From contig NZ_DATFYW010000205.1 in assembly GCF_035314905.1 (NCBI RefSeq), positions 23,949 to 87,948 of the forward strand: a DNA stretch of 64,000 nucleotides, given 5' to 3'. Source of the stretch: Mycobacterium sp. (GTDB lineage Bacteria; Actinomycetota; Actinomycetes; Mycobacteriales; Mycobacteriaceae). The position numbers and the translations under genes are program-made. This document shows, piece by piece, positions 35,451 through 45,112 of this stretch. Positions within the stretch are counted from its first letter, which is position 1; each line of letters starts with the position of its first letter. The notes under the pieces were generated by a model. That model did not search any database. It had not been told where the DNA came from and was given only the letters and a program-made list of their open reading frames with translations.

Positions 35451-38400
35451 ATGAACCGTTCCTTCGTGCACCTGCACAACCACACCGAATACTCGATGCT
35501 GGACGGTGCGGCGAAGATAGCGCCGATGCTGGCCGAGGCCATGCGGCTGGAGATGCCGGCGATCGGGATGACCGACCACGGCAACATGTTCGGCGCCAGC
35601 GAGTTCTACAGCGAGGCCACGGCCGCCGGCATCAAGCCCATCATCGGGGTGGAGGCCTACATCGCTCCCGGTTCGCGGTTCGACGGCCGGCGGGTTCTCT
35701 GGGGCGACCCGAGCCAGAAGGCCGACGACGTGTCGGGTAGCGGCTCCTACACGCACCTGACGATGGTCGCCGAGACGGCGGCCGGGCTGCGAAACCTGTT
35801 CAAGCTGTCGTCGCTGGCCTCGTTCGAAGGGCAACTCGGCAAGTGGTCCCGAATGGACGCCGAGCTGATCGCGGAGCACGCCGAGGGGATCATCGCGACC
35901 ACGGGGTGTCCGTCGGGGGAGGTGCAGACCCGGCTGCGGCTCGGGCACTACCGGGAGGCGCTGGAGGCCGCGGCCAAGTGGCGCGAGATCTTCGGCCCCG
36001 AGAACTACTTCCTCGAGTTGATGGACCACGGCCTCGACATCGAACGCAGGGTCCGCGAGGGGTTGCTCGACATCAGCCGCTCGCTCGGGATTTCGCCGCT
36101 GGCCACCAACGACTGCCACTACGTCACCCGGGACGCCGCCCACAACCACGAGGCGCTTCTCTGCGTCCAGACCGGCAAGACGCTGTCGGACCCGAACCGA
36201 TTCAAGTTCGACGGCGACGGCTATTACCTGAAGTCCGCGGCCGAAATGCGCCGGATCTGGGATGACGTCGTTCCCGGTGCGTGCGACGCGACGTTGTCGA
36301 TCGCCGAGCGGGTGCAGTCCTACGACGACGTGTGGACGCCGCGGAACCGGATGCCGGAGTTCCCGGTGCCCGACGGGCACACCCAGGCGTCGTGGCTGCG
36401 CCACGAGGTTGCGGCGGGGCTGGCGCGGCGGTTCCCGTCCGGATTGCCCGATGGATACGGCGCGCGGGCCGACTACGAGATCGACGTCATCTGCGCGAAG
36501 GGCTTCCCGTCCTACTTCCTGATCGTGGCCGACCTGATCAACTACGCTCGCTCGGTCGACATCCGCGTCGGCCCCGGCCGCGGGTCCGCGGCGGGGTCGC
36601 TGGTCGCCTACGCGCTCGGCATCACCGACGTCGACCCGCTCCCGCACGGTCTGCTGTTCGAGCGGTTCCTGAACCCTGAGCGCACCTCGATGCCCGACAT
36701 CGACATCGACTTCGACGACCGCCGCCGCGGCGAGATGGTCCGCTACGCAGCCGACAAGTGGGGCCACGACCGCGTGGCGCAGGTCATTACGTTCGGCACC
36801 ATCAAAACCAAAGCAGCGCTGAAGGATTCGGCACGTATCCATTACGGCCAGCCCGGCTTTGCGATCGCCGACCGGATCACCAAGGCCCTTCCGCCGCCGA
36901 TCATGGCCAAAGACATCCCGCTGTCAGGGATCACCGACCCCGAGCACGACCGCTTCAAGGAAGCCGCAGAGGTGCGCGGGCTGATCGACACGGACCCCGA
37001 TGTGCGCACGATCTATGAAACCGCGCTCGGGCTGGAGGGCCTGATCCGAAACGCCGGTGTCCACGCCTGCGCGGTGATCATGAGCAGCGAGCCGCTCACC
37101 GAATCGATTCCGCTCTGGAAGAGGCCTCAGGACGGTGCGATAATCACCGGCTGGGACTACCCGTCGTGTGAGGCCATCGGCCTGCTGAAGATGGACTTCC
37201 TCGGCCTGCGCAACCTGACGATCATCGGTGATGCGATCGAAAACATCAAGGCCAACAGGGGGATTGAGCTCGACCTGGAGTCGCTGCCGCTTGACGACCG
37301 GGCCACCTACGAGCTGCTGAGCCGGGGCGACACGTTGGGCGTGTTCCAGCTCGACGGCGGCCCGATGCGCGACCTGCTGCGCCGGATGCAGCCGACCGGG
37401 TTCGAGGACGTCGTCGCGGTGATTGCGCTGTACCGGCCGGGCCCGATGGGTATGAACGCCCACAACGACTACGCCGACCGCAAGAACGGGCGCCAGCCGA
37501 TCACGCCGATCCATCCGGAGCTGGCCGAGCCGCTGCGCGACATACTCGCCGAGACGTACGGCCTGATCGTCTACCAAGAGCAGATCATGCGCATCGCGCA
37601 GAAAGTGGCGGGGTACTCGCTCGCACGGGCCGATATCTTGCGCAAGGCCATGGGCAAGAAGAAGCGCGAGGTGCTTGCCAAAGAATACGAGGGTTTTGCG
37701 GAAGGCATGAGCGCCAACGGCTTTTCGCCGGGCGCGATCAAGGCGCTGTGGGATACCGTGCTGCCGTTCGCCGACTACGCGTTCAACAAATCGCATGCCG
37801 CCGGGTACGGCATGGTGTCGTACTGGACGGCCTACCTCAAGGCGAACTTTCCCGCGGAATACATGGCCGGGCTCTTGACATCGGTGGGCGACGACAAAGA
37901 CAAAGCCGCGGTCTACCTCGCCGACTGCCGCAAGCTGGGCATCACCGTGCTGCCGCCGGACGTCAACGAGTCAGGGCTCAACTTCGCCTCGGTCGGCGCA
38001 GACATCCGCTACGGCCTTGGCGCGGTTCGCAACGTCGGCTCCAACGTGGTTGGCTCGATCATCCAAACCCGCAGCGAGAAAGGCAAATTCACCGACTTCT
38101 CCGACTACCTCAACAAGGTCGACGTCGGGGCGTGCAACAAGAAGGTCACCGAGTCTCTGATCAAGGCCGGCGCGTTCGACTCGCTGGGACATCCGCGCAA
38201 GGGCCTGTTCCTGGTGCACACCGACGCGGTCGACTCGGTGCTGGGAACCAAGAAGGCCGAGGCGATGGGCCAGTTCGACCTGTTCGGCGGCCAGGACGCC
38301 GGCGCCGAGCCGGTGTTCACCATCAGGGTCCCCGACGAGGAGTGGGACGACAAGCACAAGCTGGCCCTGGAGCGGGAAATGTTGGGGCTGTATGTGTCCG

Positions 38401-38981
38401 GGCATCCGCTCAACGGTGTGGCGCACCTGCTGGTCAACCAGGTCGACACCCCGATTCCGGCGATCCTGGACGGCGACGTGCCGAACGAGGCGCAGGTTCG
38501 GGTGGGCGGCATCCTCGCCGGAGTTAACCGCCGCGTCAACAAGAACGGAATGCCCTGGGCGTCATCGCAATTGGAAGACCTTACCGGCGGCATCGAGGTG
38601 ATGTTCTTCCCGCACACCTACTCGACGTTCGGCGCCGACATCGCCGACGACGCCGTGGTGGTGATCAACGGCAAGGTGCGGGCACAGGACGACCGCGTCT
38701 GCCTGATCGCCAGCGACCTTGTGGTTCCTGACTTTTCATCGGCTCAGCTCAACCGGCCGCTGGCGGTCAGCATACCGACCAGACAGTGCACCGTCGACAA
38801 GGTCGCGGCGCTCAAGCAGGTGCTGGCGCGCCATCCCGGCACCTCGCAGGTGCACCTGCGGTTGATCAGCGGTGACCGGATCACCACTCTGGAACTCGAT
38901 GTGTCGCTGCGGGTGACACCGTCATCGGCGCTGATGGGCGATCTGAAGGCACTACTCGGGCCGGGCTGCCTGGGCGGTTAG
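35451..38981 (+). CDS. dnaE1: DNA polymerase III alpha subunit
   Basis: [43 protein letters not shown]; 1176 aa, no intein. Confidence 0.98.
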   Translation: MNRSFVHLHNHTEYSMLDGAAKIAPMLAEAMRLEMPAIGMTDHGNMFGASEFYSEATAAGIKPIIGVEAYIAPGSRFDGRRVLWGDPSQKADDVSGSGSYTHLTMVAETAAGLRNLFKLSSLASFEGQLGKWSRMDAELIAEHAEGIIATTGCPSGEVQTRLRLGHYREALEAAAKWREIFGPENYFLELMDHGLDIERRVREGLLDISRSLGISPLATNDCHYVTRDAAHNHEALLCVQTGKTLSDPNRFKFDGDGYYLKSAAEMRRIWDDVVPGACDATLSIAERVQSYDDVWTPRNRMPEFPVPDGHTQASWLRHEVAAGLARRFPSGLPDGYGARADYEIDVICAKGFPSYFLIVADLINYARSVDIRVGPGRGSAAGSLVAYALGITDVDPLPHGLLFERFLNPERTSMPDIDIDFDDRRRGEMVRYAADKWGHDRVAQVITFGTIKTKAALKDSARIHYGQPGFAIADRITKALPPPIMAKDIPLSGITDPEHDRFKEAAEVRGLIDTDPDVRTIYETALGLEGLIRNAGVHACAVIMSSEPLTESIPLWKRPQDGAIITGWDYPSCEAIGLLKMDFLGLRNLTIIGDAIENIKANRGIELDLESLPLDDRATYELLSRGDTLGVFQLDGGPMRDLLRRMQPTGFEDVVAVIALYRPGPMGMNAHNDYADRKNGRQPITPIHPELAEPLRDILAETYGLIVYQEQIMRIAQKVAGYSLARADILRKAMGKKKREVLAKEYEGFAEGMSANGFSPGAIKALWDTVLPFADYAFNKSHAAGYGMVSYWTAYLKANFPAEYMAGLLTSVGDDKDKAAVYLADCRKLGITVLPPDVNESGLNFASVGADIRYGLGAVRNVGSNVVGSIIQTRSEKGKFTDFSDYLNKVDVGACNKKVTESLIKAGAFDSLGHPRKGLFLVHTDAVDSVLGTKKAEAMGQFDLFGGQDAGAEPVFTIRVPDEEWDDKHKLALEREMLGLYVSGHPLNGVAHLLVNQVDTPIPAILDGDVPNEAQVRVGGILAGVNRRVNKNGMPWASSQLEDLTGGIEVMFFPHTYSTFGADIADDAVVVINGKVRAQDDRVCLIASDLVVPDFSSAQLNRPLAVSIPTRQCTVDKVAALKQVLARHPGTSQVHLRLISGDRITTLELDVSLRVTPSSALMGDLKALLGPGCLGG

Positions 38982-39004
38982 ATCGCGAGGTTGGCTCCTG
39001 GGCG

Positions 39005-39757
39005 CTAGCGCAGCACATTGACGGCGCGGGCGATCACCAGGGCCAGCGTGGAGACCGCGACTATGGCCTGCAGAGTCATCATCGCCTTGGCCCTGGGCGA
39101 CAACGGCATCGTGTCGGTCGGGGAGAACGCCATCACGTTCGTCACACTCGTGTACAGGTAGTCGATGAAAGTGGGCTGCCAATCCTTGGGTGCCAGATCC
39201 GGATTTGCCATCTGGGGGAACATGAAATCCGGATAGACGTGCTTTTTCGTCTGCTTCACGCCGGCGCGGGTGAACGGGCCGCCGCGGTCCAGCTCCCAGT
39301 ACCAGATGCCGAAGACGATGATGTTGGTGCCGAAAATCGCCGCGCCGCTACCGAGGAGCACGGCCGCGTTGTTGCTGACCTGTCCCGTCAAGATGTTGTA
39401 GTCCAAAATGATGGCCGAGGCGGTGTTATCAACCGTGATCGCGGCCAGCAGCACCACGGTGGCGACCTTGCCGACCCTGGTCGCGCGGTTGAGCCGCACC
39501 GGGTTGATGATCAGCAGGACAACGAGCAGCGCGACTTCCATCGCGATCAGCGGCCAGCGCGGGACCAGGGTGTATGGCACAGGGATCGCCGCCTGCAGGA
39601 CGATCGCCGCGACCAGCGCCAACAGCACGGGCCAGCGACTCTCCGGATCCCCCGGCCGAAGCCATGAAGGCAGCCGTGCCCCGGCTTGCCCGGTCAGGTG
39701 TCCTGCTGTGTGCGTCAGGTCCTCGTGCGGCGGCCCGGGTTCGTGAATGTTGTCCAT
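39005..39757 (-). CDS. Membrane protein, DUF1345-like
   Basis: IVFGIWYWELDRGGP, DFMFPQM, DYLYTSVTNVMAFSPTDTMP. Confidence 0.8.
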   Translation of the reverse strand: MDNIHEPGPPHEDLTHTAGHLTGQAGARLPSWLRPGDPESRWPVLLALVAAIVLQAAIPVPYTLVPRWPLIAMEVALLVVLLIINPVRLNRATRVGKVATVVLLAAITVDNTASAIILDYNILTGQVSNNAAVLLGSGAAIFGTNIIVFGIWYWELDRGGPFTRAGVKQTKKHVYPDFMFPQMANPDLAPKDWQPTFIDYLYTSVTNVMAFSPTDTMPLSPRAKAMMTLQAIVAVSTLALVIARAVNVLR

Positions 39758-39790
39758 CAGCACAGTGTGAGCGACGTAGGCTAACCGGCC

Positions 39791-41605
39791 ATGAGCGACC
39801 CGCGACCGGCCACATTGTGTGAAGCCTTTCAGCGAACCGCGACCATCGATCCGGACGCCGTCGCGCTGCGGACACCGGGCGACACCCAGACCCTGACCTG
39901 GCGCGACTACGCCGCACAGGTGCGTCAGGTGGCGGCCGGGCTGTCCGCGCTCGGGGTGCGACGGGGCGACACCGTCTCGCTGATGATGGCGAACCGGATC
40001 GAGTTCTATCCACTCGATGTGGGCGCGCAGCACATCGGGGCCACCTCGTTCTCGGTGTACAACACCCTGGCCGCAGAGCAGCTGACCCATCTGTTCGAGA
40101 ATGCCGGGACGAAGGTTCTGATCTGCGAGGGCCAGTACGTCGACCGGGTGCGCGCCAGCGGGGCGGAGGTCGAGCACATCGTCTGCATCGACGGCTCGCC
40201 GGAGGGCACGACACCACTGGCGGACATGCTGGCCGCGGGCGCCGACGACTTCGACTTCGAATCCGCCTGGCGCGCGGTCCAACCCGACGACATCGCCACG
40301 CTCATCTACACCTCGGGCACCACGGGCAACCCCAAGGGCGTGGAGATGACCCACGCCAACCTGCTGTTCGAGGCGTTAGCCGTGGAAGCGGTGCTCGGGG
40401 TCGAATTCGGCGACCGCATCACGTCATTTCTCCCGTCGGCGCACATCGCCGACCGGATGACCGGCCTGTACACCCAGGAGGTGTTCGGCACCCAGGTCAC
40501 CGTCGTCTCTGATACCCGCGCCATCGCCGCGGCACTGCCCGACGTGCGCCCGACCATCTGGGGTGCGGTGCCGCGCGTGTGGGAAAAGCTCAAGGCCGGA
40601 ATCGAATTCGTGGTGGCGAACGAACCAGACGAGGCAGCACGCAAGGCGTTGCAGTGGGGCACGAGCGTCGCCGCGAAACGCGCCGCCGCGCTGGTGAGCG
40701 GCAAGCCGGTTCCCGATGACGTCGCGCAAGAATGGGCTCAGGCCGATGAGCTGGTGCTGTCGAAGCTGAGGGAGAAACTCGGCTTCGATCAAGTCCGGTG
40801 GGCGGTGTCGGGTGCCGCGCCAATCCCCAAGGAGACACTTGCGTTCTTCGCCGGGCTGGGAATCCCCATCGCCGAACTGTGGGGCATGTCGGAGCTGAGC
40901 TGTATCGCCACGCTGAGCCATCCGCGGGATGCCAAGCTCGGCACCGTGGGCAAGCTGCTGCCCGGCCTGGAGGGAAAGATCGCCCACGACGGCGAGTTCC
41001 TGGTGCGGGGGCCGCTGGTCATGAAGGGCTACCGGAAAGAGCCCGAAAAGACCGCCGAGGCCATCGATGAGGAAGGCTGGCTGCACACCGGCGACATCCT
41101 CGAGATGGACGAGGACGGGTATCTACGGGTGGTCGACCGCAAGAAGGAGTTGATCATCAACGCCGGCGGCAAGAACATGTCGCCCGCCAACATCGAGAAC
41201 ACCATCAAGGCGTCGTGCCCGCTGATCGGTGCGATGGTGACGATCGGCGACGCGCGCCCCTACAACGCCGCGCTGATCGTGCTTGACGCCGAGGCGGCCG
41301 GTCCGCAGGCCGAGCGGCGGGGCCTTCCGGACGCGGCACCGGGGACGCTGGCCGCCGACCCGAACCTGATCGCCGAGATCGCAGCGGGTGTGGCCGAGGG
41401 CAATGCGAAGCTCTCTCGCGTCGAGCAGATCAAGCGGTTCCGCGTGCTGCCGACGTTCTGGGAGCCCGGCGGCGAAGAGGTGACGCTGACGCTGAAACTG
41501 CGCCGTCGCAAGATCGGCGAGAAGTACGCCGCCGAGATCGAGGAGCTCTACGCGCCCGCCGCAGGGGAGTCGGTTCACGAGCCGAGGGCGGCGACGCACG
41601 CCTAG
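39791..41605 (+). CDS. Long-chain fatty acid--CoA ligase (FadD11-like)
   Basis: IYTSGTTGNPKG, WGMSE, WLHTGD, DRKKELII. Confidence 0.92.
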   Translation: MSDPRPATLCEAFQRTATIDPDAVALRTPGDTQTLTWRDYAAQVRQVAAGLSALGVRRGDTVSLMMANRIEFYPLDVGAQHIGATSFSVYNTLAAEQLTHLFENAGTKVLICEGQYVDRVRASGAEVEHIVCIDGSPEGTTPLADMLAAGADDFDFESAWRAVQPDDIATLIYTSGTTGNPKGVEMTHANLLFEALAVEAVLGVEFGDRITSFLPSAHIADRMTGLYTQEVFGTQVTVVSDTRAIAAALPDVRPTIWGAVPRVWEKLKAGIEFVVANEPDEAARKALQWGTSVAAKRAAALVSGKPVPDDVAQEWAQADELVLSKLREKLGFDQVRWAVSGAAPIPKETLAFFAGLGIPIAELWGMSELSCIATLSHPRDAKLGTVGKLLPGLEGKIAHDGEFLVRGPLVMKGYRKEPEKTAEAIDEEGWLHTGDILEMDEDGYLRVVDRKKELIINAGGKNMSPANIENTIKASCPLIGAMVTIGDARPYNAALIVLDAEAAGPQAERRGLPDAAPGTLAADPNLIAEIAAGVAEGNAKLSRVEQIKRFRVLPTFWEPGGEEVTLTLKLRRRKIGEKYAAEIEELYAPAAGESVHEPRAATHA

Positions 41606-41638
41606 GCCTGCACACGTTCGGCGCCTAATGTGGTGGGC

Positions 41639-42076
41639 ATGCCACTCTCAGGTGAATATGCACCAAGTCCTGTCGATTGGGCCCGGGAACAGGCCGAGAA
41701 ATACATGGAGTCGGGCGGCACCGACGGCACCGACCTGCAGGGCAAGCCCGTGATCTTGCTGACGACCGTCGGCGCGAAGACCGGCAAGCTGCGCAAGACA
41801 CCGCTGATGCGGGTCGAGCACAACGGCCAGTACGCGGTCGTCGCGTCGCTGGGCGGGGCGCCGAAGCACCCGGTCTGGTACCACAACATCAAGGCCAACC
41901 CACGGGTCGAACTGCAGGACGGCACCGCGACGCATGAGTACGAGGCGCGGGAGGTCGTCGGCGACGAGAAGGCCACCTGGTGGGACCGCGCGGTGCAGGC
42001 GTGGCCTGACTATGCGAATTACCAAACGAAGACCGATCGCCAGATCCCGGTCTTCGTGCTCACCCGCGTTGACTGA
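41639..42076 (+). CDS. F420H2-dependent nitroreductase/quinone reductase, Ddn family (Rv1558-like)
   Basis: [44 protein letters not shown]. Confidence 0.92.
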   Translation: MPLSGEYAPSPVDWAREQAEKYMESGGTDGTDLQGKPVILLTTVGAKTGKLRKTPLMRVEHNGQYAVVASLGGAPKHPVWYHNIKANPRVELQDGTATHEYEAREVVGDEKATWWDRAVQAWPDYANYQTKTDRQIPVFVLTRVD

Positions 42077-42105
42077 CCTGCGACGTTGCATGGCACCATT
42101 GACCG

Positions 42106-43395
42106 GTGTCTGCCGAACTGAGCCTGAGCCATCGCGGGGGGGCGCTGACCGCCGCCGACATCGACGCGGCGGCCGAGCGAATTGCCGGGGTCGTCGCGCC
42201 GACCCCGTTGCAGCTCAGTGAACGGCTTTCGGTGGCCACCGGTGCCACGGTCTACCTGAAGCGCGAGGACCTGCAGTCGGTCCGCTCGTACAAGCTGCGC
42301 GGGGCCTACAACCTGCTGATGCAGTTGTCGGCCGACGAACTGGCCGCCGGCGTGGTGTGCTCGTCGGCGGGCAATCATGCGCAGGGCTTCGCGCACGCAT
42401 GCCGGTCGATGGGCATCCACGGGCGGGTGTATGTGCCGCACAAGACCCCCAAGCAGAAGCGCGACCGGATCCGCTTTCACGGCGGCGACTTCATTGAGCT
42501 GATCGCGGTCGGTTCCACCTACGACCTCGCCGCCGCCGCCGCGCTCGAGGACGTCGCGCGTACCGGCGCGACGCTCGTGCCGCCGTTCGACGACCTGCGG
42601 ACGATCGCCGGCCAGGGCACCATCGCCGCGGAGATCCTCGAGCAGCTCGACGACGAGCCCGATCTGGTGGTGGTGCCGGTCGGCGGTGGCGGCTGCATCG
42701 CCGGGATCACGACGTATCTGGCCGAGCGGACAACCGCGACGTCGGTGCTCGGCGTCGAGCCTGCCGGCGCGGCCGCGATGATCGCCGCGCTGGCGGCCGG
42801 TGAGCCGGTCACGTTGGAGCACGTCGACCAGTTCGTCGACGGCGCGGCGGTGAACCGGGCGGGGACGCTGACATATGCCGCGCTGGCCGCGGCGGGCGAC
42901 ATGGTGTCGGTGACGACGGTCGATGAAGGCGCTGTCTGCACGGCGATGCTCGATCTGTACCAGAACGAGGGCATCATCGCCGAACCTGCCGGGGCCCTGT
43001 CGGTCACCGCGCTGCTGGAGACCGATCAGGTGGAGCCCGGGTCCACGGTGGTCTGCCTGATCTCCGGCGGCAACAACGACGTGTCCCGCTACGGGGAGAT
43101 CCTGGAGCGCTCGCTGGTGCACCTGGGCCTCAAGCACTACTTCCTGGTCGACTTTCCGCAGGAGCCCGGTGCGTTGCGCCGATTCCTCGACCAGGTGCTG
43201 GGGCCCAATGACGACATCACGTTGTTCGAATACGTCAAGCGCAACAACCGCGAAACCGGGGCGGCGCTCGTCGGCATCGAGCTGGGTTCGGCCGAGGATC
43301 TCGAGGGCCTCCTGGCCCGGATGGAGGCCTCGGACATGGACGTCGAACGGCTGAGCCCGGATTCGCCGGCCTACCGCTATCTGATCAACCCGTAG
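42106..43395 (+). CDS. ilvA: Threonine ammonia-lyase
   Basis: LKREDLQSVRSYKLRGA, SAGNHAQG, PVGGGG, ISGGN; single ACT domain. Confidence 0.95.
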   Translation: MSAELSLSHRGGALTAADIDAAAERIAGVVAPTPLQLSERLSVATGATVYLKREDLQSVRSYKLRGAYNLLMQLSADELAAGVVCSSAGNHAQGFAHACRSMGIHGRVYVPHKTPKQKRDRIRFHGGDFIELIAVGSTYDLAAAAALEDVARTGATLVPPFDDLRTIAGQGTIAAEILEQLDDEPDLVVVPVGGGGCIAGITTYLAERTTATSVLGVEPAGAAAMIAALAAGEPVTLEHVDQFVDGAAVNRAGTLTYAALAAAGDMVSVTTVDEGAVCTAMLDLYQNEGIIAEPAGALSVTALLETDQVEPGSTVVCLISGGNNDVSRYGEILERSLVHLGLKHYFLVDFPQEPGALRRFLDQVLGPNDDITLFEYVKRNNRETGAALVGIELGSAEDLEGLLARMEASDMDVERLSPDSPAYRYLINP

Positions 43396-45112
43396 AGCGC
43401 AGGATCGCGAACGAGTAGCCGGGCAGCACCGTCCGGTTCGCCTCGCCTCGTGGCTCGTCCCACGCCAGCACCGTGTCGCCGGTAAAGGGCACGGCCACCT
43501 CGTCCGCCCCGATGTTGCAGACGATGCTCAGCGAGCCGCGGTGCAGCGCGATCCAGCGCTTGTCCTCGTCGTAGTCGACGCGCAGATGCCCGAGCCACGG
43601 GTCGGCCAAATCAGGCTCGTTGTGCCGCAGCGTGATCAGCCCCTGATACACGCGGCGAAGGCGCGCGTGCTCGGGGGTGTGGACCTCGCTCCAGTCGAGC
43701 TTCGACCGCAGGAAGGTCTGCGGGTCTTGCGGATCTGGGATGTCATCTGCGTCCCAGCCGTGTTCGGCGAACTCGCGCTTGCGGCCCTCGGCCGTCGCAC
43801 GCGCCAGCTCCGGCTCCGGATGCGAGGTGAAAAACTGGAACGGCTGCGAGGAGCCCCATTCCTCGCCCATGAAAAGCATCGCGGTGTATGGCGAACCGAG
43901 TGCCAGGGCGGCCTTGATCGCGAGCCGGCCGAAGTCGAGGTTCTGCGACGGGCGATCCCCCACAGCGCGGTTACCGACCTGGTCATGTGTGGTCGTGTAG
44001 GCCATCAGCCGGGTGGCCGGGATCAGCGACTTGTCCAGCGGCCTGCCGTGGCGGCGGCCACGGAACGACGAGTATGTGCCGGCGTGGAAGTAGCCGTTCT
44101 GCAACGTCTTTGCGAGCGTTTCCAGAGACCCGAAATCGCTGTAGTAGCCCTGCCGCTCACCCGACACCGCGGCGTGGATCGCATGGTGGATGTCGTCGTC
44201 CCACTGCGCGGTCATCCCGTAGCCACCGCGGTCGCGGGCCGTGATCAGCCGCGGATCATTGAGATCGCTCTCGGCGATCAGCGACAGCGGCCGACCGACT
44301 TGCCTTGACAGCGCGTCGGTTTCGGCGGACAGCTCTTCGAGAATGTGAATCGCCGTCGTGTCGACGAGTGCATGCACCGCGTCCAGCCGGAGCCCGTCGG
44401 CGTGGAAGTCACGCATCCACCGCAACGCGCACTCGATGATGTAGCGTCGCACCTGGTCGGCCCCGGCATCGGACAAGTTGATGCCCTCGCCCCACGGATT
44501 GCCGGCCGCCGACAAGTACGGGCCGAATCTGGGCAGGTAATTGCCTGACGGTCCAAGGTGATTGAACACCGCGTCGATCAGCACACCCAGGCCGCGGCGG
44601 TGACAGGCGTCGACGAAGCGAACCAGCCCGTCGGGGCCGCCGTACGGTTCGTGCACGGCATACCACAGCACGCCGTCGTAGCCCCAGCCGTGGGTGCCCC
44701 CGAACGCGTTGACCGGCATCAGCTCGACGAAGTCGACACCGAGTTCGACAAGGTAGTCGAGTTTGCCGATCGCGACGTCCAAGATTCCTTCCGGTGTGAA
44801 CGTCCCGATGTGCAGCTCGTAGATGACGCCGCCTTCGATCGAACGGCCGCGCCAGTCGTCATCGGTCCATGCCGCCGGGTCGGGCTGCCACAGCTGGGAC
44901 CGCTGGTGCACACCGTCGGGCTGGCGCGGCGAGCGCGGGTCGGGCAGAACCGTCGGGTCGTCGTCGAGCACGAAGCCGTAGCGGCTGTCGGGGCGAGCCG
45001 GCACGGTGGCCCGCCACCACCCGTCGTCTCCGCGTGCCATCTGATGGAGAGTCCCGTCGAGGTCCAGCCTCACCCGGTCGGGCTTGGGCGCCCATACCGC
45101 GAACTCAAGCAT
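43385..45112 (-). CDS. treZ: Malto-oligosyltrehalose trehalohydrolase
   Basis: WGYDGV, DAVFNHLGPSGN, LRLDAVH, HDQVGNRA, FMGEEWG. Confidence 0.95.
   Translation of the reverse strand: MLEFAVWAPKPDRVRLDLDGTLHQMARGDDGWWRATVPARPDSRYGFVLDDDPTVLPDPRSPRQPDGVHQRSQLWQPDPAAWTDDDWRGRSIEGGVIYELHIGTFTPEGILDVAIGKLDYLVELGVDFVELMPVNAFGGTHGWGYDGVLWYAVHEPYGGPDGLVRFVDACHRRGLGVLIDAVFNHLGPSGNYLPRFGPYLSAAGNPWGEGINLSDAGADQVRRYIIECALRWMRDFHADGLRLDAVHALVDTTAIHILEELSAETDALSRQVGRPLSLIAESDLNDPRLITARDRGGYGMTAQWDDDIHHAIHAAVSGERQGYYSDFGSLETLAKTLQNGYFHAGTYSSFRGRRHGRPLDKSLIPATRLMAYTTTHDQVGNRAVGDRPSQNLDFGRLAIKAALALGSPYTAMLFMGEEWGSSQPFQFFTSHPEPELARATAEGRKREFAEHGWDADDIPDPQDPQTFLRSKLDWSEVHTPEHARLRRVYQGLITLRHNEPDLADPWLGHLRVDYDEDKRWIALHRGSLSIVCNIGADEVAVPFTGDTVLAWDEPRGEANRTVLPGYSFAILRSTG

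Noticed and set aside
35451-38981. Possible intein or PHP loss in dnaE1
   Set aside because: Length and motifs are normal and no insertion is seen.
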